Made by a program: the position numbers and the translations under genes. This document shows, in pieces, positions 29,124 through 38,530 of a DNA stretch of 64,000 nt. The stretch is taken from the NCBI GenBank assembly GCA_032128875.1, contig JAVLKG010000005.1:320001-384000 (forward strand), given 5' to 3'. Origin of the DNA: Candidatus Melainabacteria bacterium 17Bon1m. GTDB taxonomy: Bacteria > Cyanobacteriota > Vampirovibrionia > Obscuribacterales > Obscuribacteraceae. Position 1 is the first letter of the stretch. Every line of letters begins with the position of its first letter. Under the pieces are notes generated by a model that worked only from the letters and a program-made list of their open reading frames with translations, was not told the origin of the DNA and ran no database searches.

Positions 29124-29797
29124 CTCGGCATTTCCCATTTGTAGCCTTGGCGGTGGATGGTTTTGATTGGTGAAGGCTGCCCTTCTGTCTCGATTTTTCC
29201 GCGCAATTTTGTGATGTGCACGCGAATAGTGTCAGGTGATGCTTCTGATTCTGCGGACCAAACCCGGTCGAGAAGCGCTTCTGGGCTGAATACTTGATTT
29301 GGATGGCGAAGGAAAAATTCTAACAGTGCAAACTCTTTCGGCAGAAGTGTAATTTCCTTTCCACCTTTGGTGACCTTGAATCCTTGCGGATCTAGCTCAA
29401 TGTCTCCGCAAGTCAAAATGTTTTGTTTCAATTCGCCAGAGCGTCTCAAAAGCGCTCGCACGCGGGCAGATAATTCGCGCGGATGAAAGGGTTTCGTCAA
29501 ATAATCGTCGGCTCCAGCGTCCAGCCCTGTTTCTTTATCGGTGATTTCCGACTTGCCTGTAAGCATCAGCACGGGCGTGTTTCCGCCCTTAGAGCGAAAC
29601 CGCTTGCAGATTTCGATGCCTGTAAGATCGGGCAATTGCCAGTCGAATATCAGCACGTCGTATTTGTCGAAGCGCAGGCGTTCTATAGCTTCGCTGCCTG
29701 AGTTGACGACGTCAATCGTATAGTGCTCATCGGTGAGCCAGTCGCTCACGACCTCGCACACTTCCAGGTCATCTTCGACCAATAGAATTTTGGCCAC
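29120..29797 (-). CDS. OmpR-family response regulator
   Basis: LLVEDD, DWQLP, GADDYLTKPF, winged helix (VHITKLRGKI, TIHRQGY). Confidence 0.97.
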   Translation of the reverse strand: MAKILLVEDDLEVCEVVSDWLTDEHYTIDVVNSGSEAIERLRFDKYDVLIFDWQLPDLTGIEICKRFRSKGGNTPVLMLTGKSEITDKETGLDAGADDYLTKPFHPRELSARVRALLRRSGELKQNILTCGDIELDPQGFKVTKGGKEITLLPKEFALLEFFLRHPNQVFSPEALLDRVWSAESEASPDTIRVHITKLRGKIETEGQPSPIKTIHRQGYKWEMPS

Positions 29798-29875
29798 TGC
29801 TGTTCCCTTCTGAATTTGCCGCCTTCGCCATTGAAATATAGGCTACTGTATACCAGCCGTCAAATCACCATTTCC

Positions 29876-31381
29876 ATGGCGCGTAAGTATAATTTCGGTA
29901 TTTCCTTTGATGGGCACGTCGAGGCGAAGCGGTTGCGATTTGATCTGAAACTTTCACAGAAGGGATTGATCCTTGTTGCAATTCCTTTGGCTTTTCAAAT
30001 CATTTTCTTTGTAGTGCTTGCAGGGCTGATTGCCGCTGCCGAACACGAGGAGATGATTGCGAAGCGTGGGGAGCGTATAACTTCACGCATTGGCAATGTT
30101 TCCAAGTATTTGATTGAGTCTGAAATGGCTTTGATCGGATATGGCTGTCGTCGCATGGAGCCTTTGCTGGCTGCGTATGAAGCGAACGATGCTCAGATTC
30201 CTCTTGTTTTTGAAGACCTGAAAAAGCTCACGAAGGAAGTTCCTGACACAGCGACGAGCATTACCAGCCTGGAGATTGCGGTCAATCAACTGCGAAAAAA
30301 CATGAGACAGTCGCTCAGCAACATCCATGGTGGCAATTGGATGCCCGCGGTGGTGCGGCTGGCCGGGCAAAGCACAAATTCCTATTTTACTGTGAAGCAT
30401 GAAATCGAAGCGATCACACGGCAAATTCGCAGAAGCTACATCACTGATCAGCAGGAAGAGCGCAATAAAATGCGGATCTGGGCTGCACTCATTGTGATGC
30501 TTATTTCAAACATCGTGATCACAATTTTGATGTCGCTCTATTTCAGCAAGAATGTGTCTGGGCGTCTGAAGATACTTTCGGAGAACACTTTGCGCGTTCG
30601 CGACAGAAAAGAACTCAATCCGCCGCTTGAAGGCAGTGATGAAATTGCAGAACTGGACCGCACTTTTCACTCAATGTCGGCTGCGCTGACAAAGGCAGAG
30701 CAGACCAAAGCAGAATTCATTTCAATGATAAGCCATGATCTGCGCAGCCCTCTGACCTCCCTGCAGTTCACTTTTGCGCTGGCAGAAAAGGGTGCTTTCG
30801 GTGAAATGAATGAAAAAGGAAAAGAGCGTTTCTCAAAGGCTGAACATACTGTTGACCGGCTAGTGAAGCTGATTAACGAACTCCTGGACATTGAGAAGAT
30901 GGAAGCGGGAATGTTGAGCATGGTTCCTGCTCCAGAAGAACTCGATGCCATCGTAAAGCGCGCATTTGACTCTGTGTCAGGATTGGCAGAAAAGAAATCT
31001 ATTGAACTCACTGCGCCTTTAAGCTCGCTCAAAGTCAATGTTGAGGGTGATCGCATTGTTCAGGTTCTGGTAAATCTATTGTCGAACGCTATAAAGTTTT
31101 CCCCGAACAATTCTCGAATTGTTGTCTCTGCCACTGAATTGCCGACCGGTGTAAAAGTGACTGTTGCAGACGAAGGACGCGGAATTCCAAAGGAAAAATT
31201 GAAAGAAGTATTTGATCGTTTTGCGCAGGTCGAGCATGCGGATGCCACCACTCATGGTGGTACTGGTTTGGGTTTGGCGATTTGTAAGGCTATCATTGAA
31301 GGGCACGGCGGAATTATTAGCGTCGACAGTGATGAAGGCGTCGGCAGCCGTTTTTGGTTCGTCATCCAAAAGGCGGAGTAG
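29876..31381 (+). CDS. Sensor histidine kinase (CHASE3-like periplasmic domain, HAMP)
   Basis: TM-periplasm-TM, SHDLRSP, NAIKFS, DEGRGI, GTGLGL. Start uncertain between 29816 and 29934. Confidence 0.93.
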   Translation: MARKYNFGISFDGHVEAKRLRFDLKLSQKGLILVAIPLAFQIIFFVVLAGLIAAAEHEEMIAKRGERITSRIGNVSKYLIESEMALIGYGCRRMEPLLAAYEANDAQIPLVFEDLKKLTKEVPDTATSITSLEIAVNQLRKNMRQSLSNIHGGNWMPAVVRLAGQSTNSYFTVKHEIEAITRQIRRSYITDQQEERNKMRIWAALIVMLISNIVITILMSLYFSKNVSGRLKILSENTLRVRDRKELNPPLEGSDEIAELDRTFHSMSAALTKAEQTKAEFISMISHDLRSPLTSLQFTFALAEKGAFGEMNEKGKERFSKAEHTVDRLVKLINELLDIEKMEAGMLSMVPAPEELDAIVKRAFDSVSGLAEKKSIELTAPLSSLKVNVEGDRIVQVLVNLLSNAIKFSPNNSRIVVSATELPTGVKVTVADEGRGIPKEKLKEVFDRFAQVEHADATTHGGTGLGLAICKAIIEGHGGIISVDSDEGVGSRFWFVIQKAE

Positions 31382-31474
31382 GTGCGAGGCTGCTTTCTCT
31401 GCTTTAACAACTCCACAACAAGAGTTATATAGAGTCCATTAGAACAACCGAACACCCCTCGCCGTGGAGTCCTC

Positions 31475-31855
31475 ATGATCACGACGACTTACACCCTGCT
31501 GCCTACAAAGAACGATCAGAAGAACGACGGTTCATCAAAAGGAAACGCCGTCGACGATTGGAAGTCTTATGCGATTGCATCCGCGATTGCCTTAAGTGGC
31601 GGATTTCGTGAAGCTTCGAAGCGAATGGTGAAACAGGCTAAGGAGAAGGTGTACGAGATTCCTCCGAGCGCCTATCGCGTGGTGGCAACGAATATTTGCG
31701 ATATGATTGTCGCTGCCGACCGCAAGCGGTTCGAACGAGCCGCGCTTTTAAAGCAAACAGCTATGGACGGCATGCGCTCTATCTCAGGCTCTGAAGCTAC
31801 CGAGCTGAAGGATGTCTTGGAGCAGGTTTGCGTTCATCTTGAACTAAAATCATGA
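31475..31855 (+). CDS. Hypothetical protein
   Basis: GGAG RBS, 126-aa helical ORF. Confidence 0.6.
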   Translation: MITTTYTLLPTKNDQKNDGSSKGNAVDDWKSYAIASAIALSGGFREASKRMVKQAKEKVYEIPPSAYRVVATNICDMIVAADRKRFERAALLKQTAMDGMRSISGSEATELKDVLEQVCVHLELKS

Positions 31856-31964
31856 GTTACACGCAAACGGTTGTCGAAAACTCGCCAATATCTCTAAACT
31901 CGTATGATTTCAGTAAACCTGGTCTATGCCATTTGAAAGTAGTCACTCCGAATTTCGCAGTTTT

Positions 31965-32055
31965 CCGTAGGGGCGGCATTAATGCCGCCCGCGCGAAAGG
32001 CGCATGCAATGCGCCACTACGCGAACAAGCGACGCATTGCGTCGCCCCTGCACGG
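31965..32055. repeat. REP/BIME-like cluster of three GTAG-family palindromes
   Basis: GTAGGGGCGGCATTAATGCCGCCC; GGCGCATGCAATGCGCCACTAC; GCGACGCATTGCGTCGCCCCTGC. Confidence 0.75.
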
Positions 32056-32073
32056 CTGACCTGTATCTAATTT

Positions 32074-33039
32074 CTAATGACGATGGCGGCGGTGATGGCG
32101 CTGCGGCGGATCTGGTGCGTCTTGCTGACGTACTCCTGCAAAACTGAAGTGATGCAAGTCACCTTTGATTGGTCCTTTGCTGTCACCTTGTCTCCAACCG
32201 TTTGCAAGCAAGGCGCGCTTTACGTCAGGGTCTTGCCAGTTGGACACATCCATCGCATTGCCACGAGTGTGATTGGAGAGTGTAGGTTTTCCAGCCGCGA
32301 AATCGCGTCCGTTTCTGCTTCTTGAGCGGATTTCGGTTTGTGTATCTACAGTCCTTCCCGCTCCATTTTTGTCAGAGACGATAATTGATTTGCCTTTCGC
32401 CGCGAGCTGTTCTTGCGCTCGAGCAAACGCTTGTGCCGCTGGACCTGAGAGCCAATAGTCCTGGGTTTCACCGCTCCTGTTGCGCGTTGATGTCACCAGA
32501 CCCTTCTGTCCGATGTATAGCGCGTCGGGTACGCGAGCTAAAATGTTTTGATCGCGGACGGGCTCAAGTAGCCTCTTTGCGTCGAGTCTGTTGAAGTCCA
32601 AATTGCCGCTTGGTGAGAGGCGGTCTCTCCCCTGGTTAATGTCAGGAAACGCAGTAGGCGGTAGTGATGCCCTTAGCTGGCGCGGTCCGAGTCCTGTCGT
32701 TTGGCGCTCCGGCAGCGGATTGATAGTTATCGTCTTGCCGGCGGCGAGTGCATTCCAGTCGATCAAAGAGCGTCCGCTAGCTTGATCCTGAAGCGCGGGA
32801 TACTGCATCCCGGGGCGTTCTGCCGGGCGCGCCGTCAGACCCAGCATCTCATTTAAATTCTGTCGGCTTATATCCGGCATAGACGCTGCTGTGATCTCGT
32901 TTTTCGTCCAGGCCGCGCGCGCAATGCTGCGCCAGGCTTCGCTTGCGTCATCTGCAGAGGCGGCGGCGAAATTCCTTTCGGTTGATTGTTCTTGACTCTG
33001 CGCAGCAAATCGCTGTGGGGGTGTTGCGGATTCCGTCAT
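32074..33039 (-). CDS. Protein with C-terminal M15 (D-Ala-D-Ala peptidase-like) zinc metallopeptidase domain
   Basis: AAQAFARA..GAGRT..SNHTRGNAMD (SxHxxGxAxD)..DLHHF; low-complexity N-terminal half; no signal peptide. Confidence 0.8.
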   Translation of the reverse strand: MTESATPPQRFAAQSQEQSTERNFAAASADDASEAWRSIARAAWTKNEITAASMPDISRQNLNEMLGLTARPAERPGMQYPALQDQASGRSLIDWNALAAGKTITINPLPERQTTGLGPRQLRASLPPTAFPDINQGRDRLSPSGNLDFNRLDAKRLLEPVRDQNILARVPDALYIGQKGLVTSTRNRSGETQDYWLSGPAAQAFARAQEQLAAKGKSIIVSDKNGAGRTVDTQTEIRSRSRNGRDFAAGKPTLSNHTRGNAMDVSNWQDPDVKRALLANGWRQGDSKGPIKGDLHHFSFAGVRQQDAPDPPQRHHRRHRH

Positions 33040-33348
33040 GGCGTTATTTCGAAATTCTTAGGGCGGTAAGTTGGGCTAGAAGGCTATGCGTCTCAATATC
33101 CTGGATGGACCTGATCGTGCCGTGGGCGCGGACTTTTGGTACTCGATTTTCTGGTAAGTGAAACGGAAAAGTTAACGGTAAGGCGGTTTTGAAGAAACGA
33201 ATAGGTGTGCGGCCTGAACTCGAGAGCTCAAGGCCGTTTTTCACGAATCGGATGTACTTATCTGGGGTCGGTGCTGGTCGACTCCAGGACGAAAGATCGT
33301 CCCACCCTAACGGTATGACAGGGAGGGTGACTTTTACGTGAAAAATCT

Positions 33349-34629
33349 TCACGGGACTCTCCTTTCGGATTTAAGGAGTTGGCGTAAATAGACATGGGTC
33401 ATCGCTCCGTGCGCGCCATCGCCCCTGTTGGTGAACTCGCTTCTTTTGAAAACGAAGCCGTGCTGAGCGATTGCGTCTGGGCTAACGAGTCCGGTGCCTC
33501 TGGCGTGGTCTTTATAGATGCTTTGATTACCTAAACCTGCTCGCGCCAACTGTTGCTCTACTCGCCCTTGCAAGCCGGTGCTCTGATTCGCTAAATGTCC
33601 GGTGTAGATCAATTGGAAGTGCTTATTTCCTGAAGCGAGGTCGCGAAGATTGCTCTTTATCCAACCGTCGTAGGCAGTCGGGTTGTACATTGAATCGAGT
33701 GCCGTCACCGAAGTGATTTTGTCCTGAAGTCCATTTTTGTAGAGCTGCGCGATTGAAGGGTTGTAGCCTGCGGAATGCGAGATGATGCCAATGCTTGCCA
33801 AATTGTCGACGTTCTTGCCTGCCAGTTCCGGTGTTTTCTTCATGATTTCGTTGAACATGTTGCGGTAGAAGTTGGGCTGATCAGAACGCCCGCGCGCGGA
33901 GCTGTTGGAGCCCGGGGACGCCTGCCATTCCGGAACGACGAGAATCGTTTGAGGATCTGCCGAGCGCATTTGTTCTCTCAACTCGCTGTAGCTGATAGCT
34001 GCATGTGCATCGGTTCGAAAGCCGTGGTTGTAAACGAGCATGCGCGTGGGTTTTTGCGGATCATAGCCTTGCGGAATGATCACGGATGCATCGACTTTGT
34101 GTCGGCCAGTATTGTTTTGGAGTTGGAATTCGTAGACCTTGCCCAGTCCACCTTCGGGCGCGACTATGCGGCGACCAGCTTCTCCTGCCCTATCCCCCTG
34201 GCCTCTTAGCTCCGGCTGACCGGTTCTACCCCGCTGGCCGGCTCGCTCCATTTGTATGTCCGGCAGTTTCACAATGGCGTTTCTTTGCCCTTCTGCACCG
34301 GTTGGGGAAATTCTTGTTTTGGGAAGAAGTCCACGGTTTTCCAGTTGGGCTTGCACATCGGGAGGCTGTATTCCTTGAAACTGCATTGCAGCAATTGGTG
34401 TGCTCAGACCAAGGCTGTCGCTCAGTGCCTTTGGCACGCTGAAGTCCATTGGTTTGCCGTTAGAGCCCACTGCGTCGCTTTTCGAGGAATCGCTGCTCCA
34501 GATTTTGCTGGCAATCGAGGACCAGGTTTTACTAGTTTCGCAGGACGAAAAATTTGAAACGGCATCCCCTGCCGGTTGCGCCGCAGAGCGTTCTGAAACA
34601 AAATCTGATTGCTGTGATGTTTGTGCCAT
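33349..34629 (-). CDS. Protein with C-terminal alpha/beta-hydrolase domain
   Basis: LVYNHGF oxyanion loop, SHSAG nucleophile elbow, ALDSMY acid, C-terminal His (AHG); no signal peptide. Confidence 0.75.
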   Translation of the reverse strand: MAQTSQQSDFVSERSAAQPAGDAVSNFSSCETSKTWSSIASKIWSSDSSKSDAVGSNGKPMDFSVPKALSDSLGLSTPIAAMQFQGIQPPDVQAQLENRGLLPKTRISPTGAEGQRNAIVKLPDIQMERAGQRGRTGQPELRGQGDRAGEAGRRIVAPEGGLGKVYEFQLQNNTGRHKVDASVIIPQGYDPQKPTRMLVYNHGFRTDAHAAISYSELREQMRSADPQTILVVPEWQASPGSNSSARGRSDQPNFYRNMFNEIMKKTPELAGKNVDNLASIGIISHSAGYNPSIAQLYKNGLQDKITSVTALDSMYNPTAYDGWIKSNLRDLASGNKHFQLIYTGHLANQSTGLQGRVEQQLARAGLGNQSIYKDHARGTGLVSPDAIAQHGFVFKRSEFTNRGDGAHGAMTHVYLRQLLKSERRVP

Positions 34630-34686
34630 AAGAGATTCCGTTAAAGAGCTTGGTGCGTGCGGAATGTGAAAGTGCTGGAAATGTGG

Positions 34687-35985
34687 CTATGTGCGGCCAT
34701 CTGCCGTTATCCTTTTTACTTGTGCGAGAAGTTCTTCTTTACCGTCTTTTCTCAAATTGCGTCTGGCATTGCCCCATGCTCGATCGGCTGGAATGCTTTC
34801 CACTGTTATTTCCATAGCTCTCGGCGTTGTGTCTTTCATGCCGATTGCGTTCGCTGCGCCGAGGGATATGTCCAGGACGCGGTTGTGGACCTTTTCACTA
34901 CCGTCTGGGCGAACTTCTTTCTTGCCCGCAAACGGTCCGTTATCAGTGATTACAACGCGTGTTTCTTTGCCGTTTTCAGGATTTCGCACTTTGAGAACAG
35001 TGCCAAAGGGAAACTCTCGGCTGGCAGCGGTGAGTTCGTTTTTGTTGAACCTTATCCCGCTTGCTGTGCTGCTGTCTTCCCAGTAAACGGAGGTAATGCC
35101 TTTGAACTTATCGCCTTCGCCATATTTGCGTTCGTAGGGACTCTTCCATTCACCTGGCTTTTCTGGCTCTTTCTTTGCAGGTTCCAGCCTTTCTTCCGGT
35201 TTTTTCTTCAGGTCTTCAGCAGATTGCTTTGCTTCTTTGTCTGCGTCGGTCCTGCGTTTGTCAGCCGTTTTGGTGTCTTTGCCACCAGGCTTGGTGCCCT
35301 CGCCAATTGTTTTTTCGTTGTCGGAAAGCCTGTCTAGTAAAGCAACTCCACGATTTTTATAATCAACAGCCTTGCCGTTTGCGTCTTTCTGCGGGGTCAG
35401 AGATCCGTCGGCGTTTTGTATTGCGCGTAGAGCATTCAGTTCGCCGCCATTCTTGCCTGAGACGTAGACACCAAGCATACTCCTGCCTTTGGAGATTTCC
35501 TCTTTCTCGAGCCTGACTTTGTTGATCGCGCCGTCAGCGCTTTGCACTGAAAAACTTGTTACGCCTGCGCTGACGAGTTCGCTAGCCGCTTTCAGTCGGT
35601 CTTGAGGATCAGCTTTTGAATTCATGACTGCCTCAGTGCGTTTTTTGTTGTCTCCTTGAAGAGCTTTAGGGGTGTCAAAACCTTCAGCTCGAGCTTCTGC
35701 TGTGACGCCCGCTCTTGTGTCTGCGCTGTCCTGAACGATGCTCAGGTCTGGAATGGTGCCGCCTTTAACCAGGTCTTGCTCTTTTGAGCCGCCAATTCCG
35801 AGTGCGTCACCGATTTTCTGCCCTGCTGAGGCGACGCACCCTTTGAGGTCGCCATTCCAGCACTGGCTAGCAATGTCAGACCATGTACTTGTTTTGGGCG
35901 GAGAAAAATCGACTGTATCGCTGACGACGGGCGCGGCCGGGCGCTCCGAAGCAGCACCCTGGTGTTGTGCTGTTTCTGCTGTCAT
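34687..35985 (-). CDS. Protein with C-terminal RlpA-like DPBB lytic transglycosylase domain
   Basis: TSVY..TASG..LTAASREFPFGTVLKVRN..VVITDNGPF..RVLDISLGAA. Start at ATG 35985 chosen by similarity to the neighbours' N-termini. Confidence 0.85.
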   Translation of the reverse strand: MTAETAQHQGAASERPAAPVVSDTVDFSPPKTSTWSDIASQCWNGDLKGCVASAGQKIGDALGIGGSKEQDLVKGGTIPDLSIVQDSADTRAGVTAEARAEGFDTPKALQGDNKKRTEAVMNSKADPQDRLKAASELVSAGVTSFSVQSADGAINKVRLEKEEISKGRSMLGVYVSGKNGGELNALRAIQNADGSLTPQKDANGKAVDYKNRGVALLDRLSDNEKTIGEGTKPGGKDTKTADKRRTDADKEAKQSAEDLKKKPEERLEPAKKEPEKPGEWKSPYERKYGEGDKFKGITSVYWEDSSTASGIRFNKNELTAASREFPFGTVLKVRNPENGKETRVVITDNGPFAGKKEVRPDGSEKVHNRVLDISLGAANAIGMKDTTPRAMEITVESIPADRAWGNARRNLRKDGKEELLAQVKRITADGRT

Positions 35986-36134
35986 AAATTTTCTGTTGTG
36001 GCTGTAGGGTGGGGGCTCGATATTTGGCGATGTTTCGACGCCGGTGAATCTCACCGCGTATTTGCTTTATTGGAAGGAAAGAACGTTAGTAAATTTCGCA
36101 TCAATAGCTTTCTCAAAAACATATCACTGGTGCG

Positions 36135-36990
36135 TTACCGGATCGTGACGTGCTGCTTGAGTTCGGCGCCGAACATTCTTTCGCGGAGTTCTGGAACGAA
36201 CCTTTGTATGGACAAATCTTCGGTTGCGTTGAAATCTCGCAGTCGATCTTGAATCTGCCTATCGGTGAGAAAGGCGCTGTAATTTTTTAGCGCAGGCAGT
36301 TTCTGCGTTTCAAAAAAATGCTGGTCGCGCGTCCAGTAGTGGTTGATACGGACCTGCTCTACACTGACATACGAAGAGCGGCTGCCGCTCATCGGAATCT
36401 TCTCTTCATTTACCTGTGTGCCGTGTTTTACATATTTTGCAAAATGCGGGTTGGTGACGCGTATTATCAGCTCCGGGCGGGAGATTGTTTTGACATGCAA
36501 ATTGTCCTCGTTGTTTGCTTCGGCGCAACGAGTCAGCATCTCAATCATGAGCTTATCTTCTGGAATTCCTTGGCAGTTTGATGTTCCAAACATTTGCCAA
36601 TTGACTGAGAGTCCGCCGAAATCTTCGTAATCTTCGAGAAGATCAGTAAGTTTCTCTTCTTTAGTCGGATAGAGATACTCATCTACATCTATTAAAGCCA
36701 GCCATTTTGCGGATTCTGCAGTTAGATCGACAATGCGTCTGTAAGCGCTGCATTGAATATTGTTGAAGTCTTCTTGCGATTTGATCTCAATTGGCCAGTG
36801 GTCAAGTTTGACAATGCCTGATTTTATGTATGGTTTGAGAACAGATTCAAAATCGTCTGTGCTCAAATTGTTGAACAAGTAAAAGCGTTCTACTCCAACG
36901 AGCATGTGGAATTCGAGCCATTCTTTCAGGAAGGGAGCCTGATTTTGAATGATGGCGCCAACGACAAGCTGGTTGGGATAACGCGGTCCA
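36135..36990 (-). pseudogene. GT92 (DUF23)-like glycosyltransferase domain, out of frame with the upstream GT2
   Basis: The domain begins YPNQLVVGAIIQNQAPFLKEWLEFH upstream of the first Met (36905), with no start codon in frame; WLALIDVDEY. Confidence 0.7.
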
Positions 36991-38530
36991 CGCGTGTTTT
37001 TTTGCTGCGTGTCTTTTGAGTTGTGCTTACTTGTGTGTTGGTTGCGGTGCTCGCTGTTGCGTTGCTTGTTGCCGCATTTTTTGATGAACTGTTTGATGAA
37101 CTGTTTGATGCGCTGTTCGATGCGCTGTTCGATGCGCTGTTTGATGAGCTGTTTGATGCACCTGTTGTCGAAGGCGCTGGCTGACGCGTCGATTGCTGAC
37201 CTGGCGCGCTTTGGCTACCTTTCGTTCTGCTGGTGTTAGCGCTGGGGCGATTCTTCTTGCCGAAAAGAACTTCCGGGGCGCGTTTTGGTGCAATTTGCTT
37301 TTGCAAAGTTCTGAAGTGTCGCGTCAATTTCCACGATCGACTTTTCAGAACTCGGCGAATTGACTGGCGTAAATATTGGATGTACTCTTCTTGCGCGTCC
37401 AGTGAAAGAGTGAATTCTTCAGTTGCCTTCTCATCGCCTCCGCTGCCGATGAGTTTGTTTATCTCTCTCAGGCTTCGCGTAAGTGTCCATGATGGAGTAT
37501 CCATCACGCGCCGAAGATCCGCTTCCAGTTCGCGAATTCTCAGCTCTCTTCGCAATGCGCCCATAGGAGTGTCCTCTCCATCGCCTGATTGGGCAAGCAC
37601 AAGCATCGTATGAAAGAGTGCTTCTTTGAGACCAAACATATCTTCGCGGCGAAGAAATTGGTCGTTGTGCAATTTCTTTTCGCTCAGCTCGCCAGTGTCG
37701 ATAAGGTTGCTTAGAGCGCAGGAGAGCCAATAAAGAGTTTCGCGGACAAACTTGTGGCGAGACTTGCCGATTTTTTTCAATGAGCTTTCCATCGCGTATG
37801 ACAGATGGACAATGTCGGAGGCAAGCCACAGTTGGGCATTATTGGCAGCCGTCGCACCGCTTGCATGTTTTCGGAAGCTGGCAAGTTCTTCGTTAATGAA
37901 GGCGTAGTCGCCTTTTTGCAAAATCCGAAGCCAGTACTCAATGTCACCGATATGGCGAAATTGCGTGGCGAAGCCGCTGCCTACGGAAGTCTTCCGGAAC
38001 ATCACCGTGCAGGGCTCGCCTATGATATTGCGCAATGGGTCGAGACTGTGGCTGATTATGTCTTCTGCAGCATAGAAGGGCTCCGAGCCGAAAAGGTCTA
38101 AGGCCGTGGCAATGCCTTCGTGAGGAATCGATCTCCCGTTTTCGTCGATTACTTTTCGACGCGAGCTTACTAAAGCAATCTTTGGGTTCTCTTGAAGAAC
38201 TGCGACCTGGCGTTCAATAAGAGTTGGCTCCCAGAGATCGTCCTGCGCGTGAGGCTTGATGTATTCGCCTTTTGCTCGCAGCAGGCATATGTTGTAATTC
38301 TGAAAGAGTCCCAGCCGCTGATCATTTTTTGAATACCGGATGCGGGGGTCATTCTTTGCATATCGCTCAATGATTTCAAACGTGGCGTCTGACGAGCCAT
38401 CATCTGAAATTATGAATTCGAAATTCTGGTAAGTTTGCCCAAGAGCGCTTTCGATTGCCTGAGGCAAAAATTCGGCGCCGTTATAAGTCGGCAAGCATAT
38501 TGAAACTAGGAATTCCACCAGGCTGCCCAT
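36926..38530 (-). CDS. GT2 glycosyltransferase with coiled-coil SWxLTR repeats and Ser/Asn-rich linker (5' part of a frameshifted fusion)
   Basis: VSICLPTYN, SDDGSSD, HAQDD, IGEPCTVMFR, DIEYWLR; SWTLTRSLR and SWKLTRHFR. Confidence 0.9.
   Translation of the reverse strand: MGSLVEFLVSICLPTYNGAEFLPQAIESALGQTYQNFEFIISDDGSSDATFEIIERYAKNDPRIRYSKNDQRLGLFQNYNICLLRAKGEYIKPHAQDDLWEPTLIERQVAVLQENPKIALVSSRRKVIDENGRSIPHEGIATALDLFGSEPFYAAEDIISHSLDPLRNIIGEPCTVMFRKTSVGSGFATQFRHIGDIEYWLRILQKGDYAFINEELASFRKHASGATAANNAQLWLASDIVHLSYAMESSLKKIGKSRHKFVRETLYWLSCALSNLIDTGELSEKKLHNDQFLRREDMFGLKEALFHTMLVLAQSGDGEDTPMGALRRELRIRELEADLRRVMDTPSWTLTRSLREINKLIGSGGDEKATEEFTLSLDAQEEYIQYLRQSIRRVLKSRSWKLTRHFRTLQKQIAPKRAPEVLFGKKNRPSANTSRTKGSQSAPGQQSTRQPAPSTTGASNSSSNSASNSASNSASNSSSNSSSKNAATSNATASTATNTQVSTTQKTRSKKTRVDRVIPTSLSLAPSFKIRLPS
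37079..37160. repeat. 12-bp tandem repeat (about 7 units)
   Basis: CTGTT(T/C)GATG(AA/CG/AG/CA) units encoding (A/S)SNS in the GT2 frame. Confidence 0.95.

Noticed and set aside
33044-33352. 102-aa ORF between two of the hydrolases (possible immunity or chaperone gene)
   Set aside because: It fills the gap and overlaps the upstream stop, but has atypical composition and no motif. It is more likely promoter DNA, though a homology search could revive it.
37079-37160. Possible CRISPR array
   Set aside because: Contiguous 12-bp units with no spacers, inside a CDS, and no cas genes.
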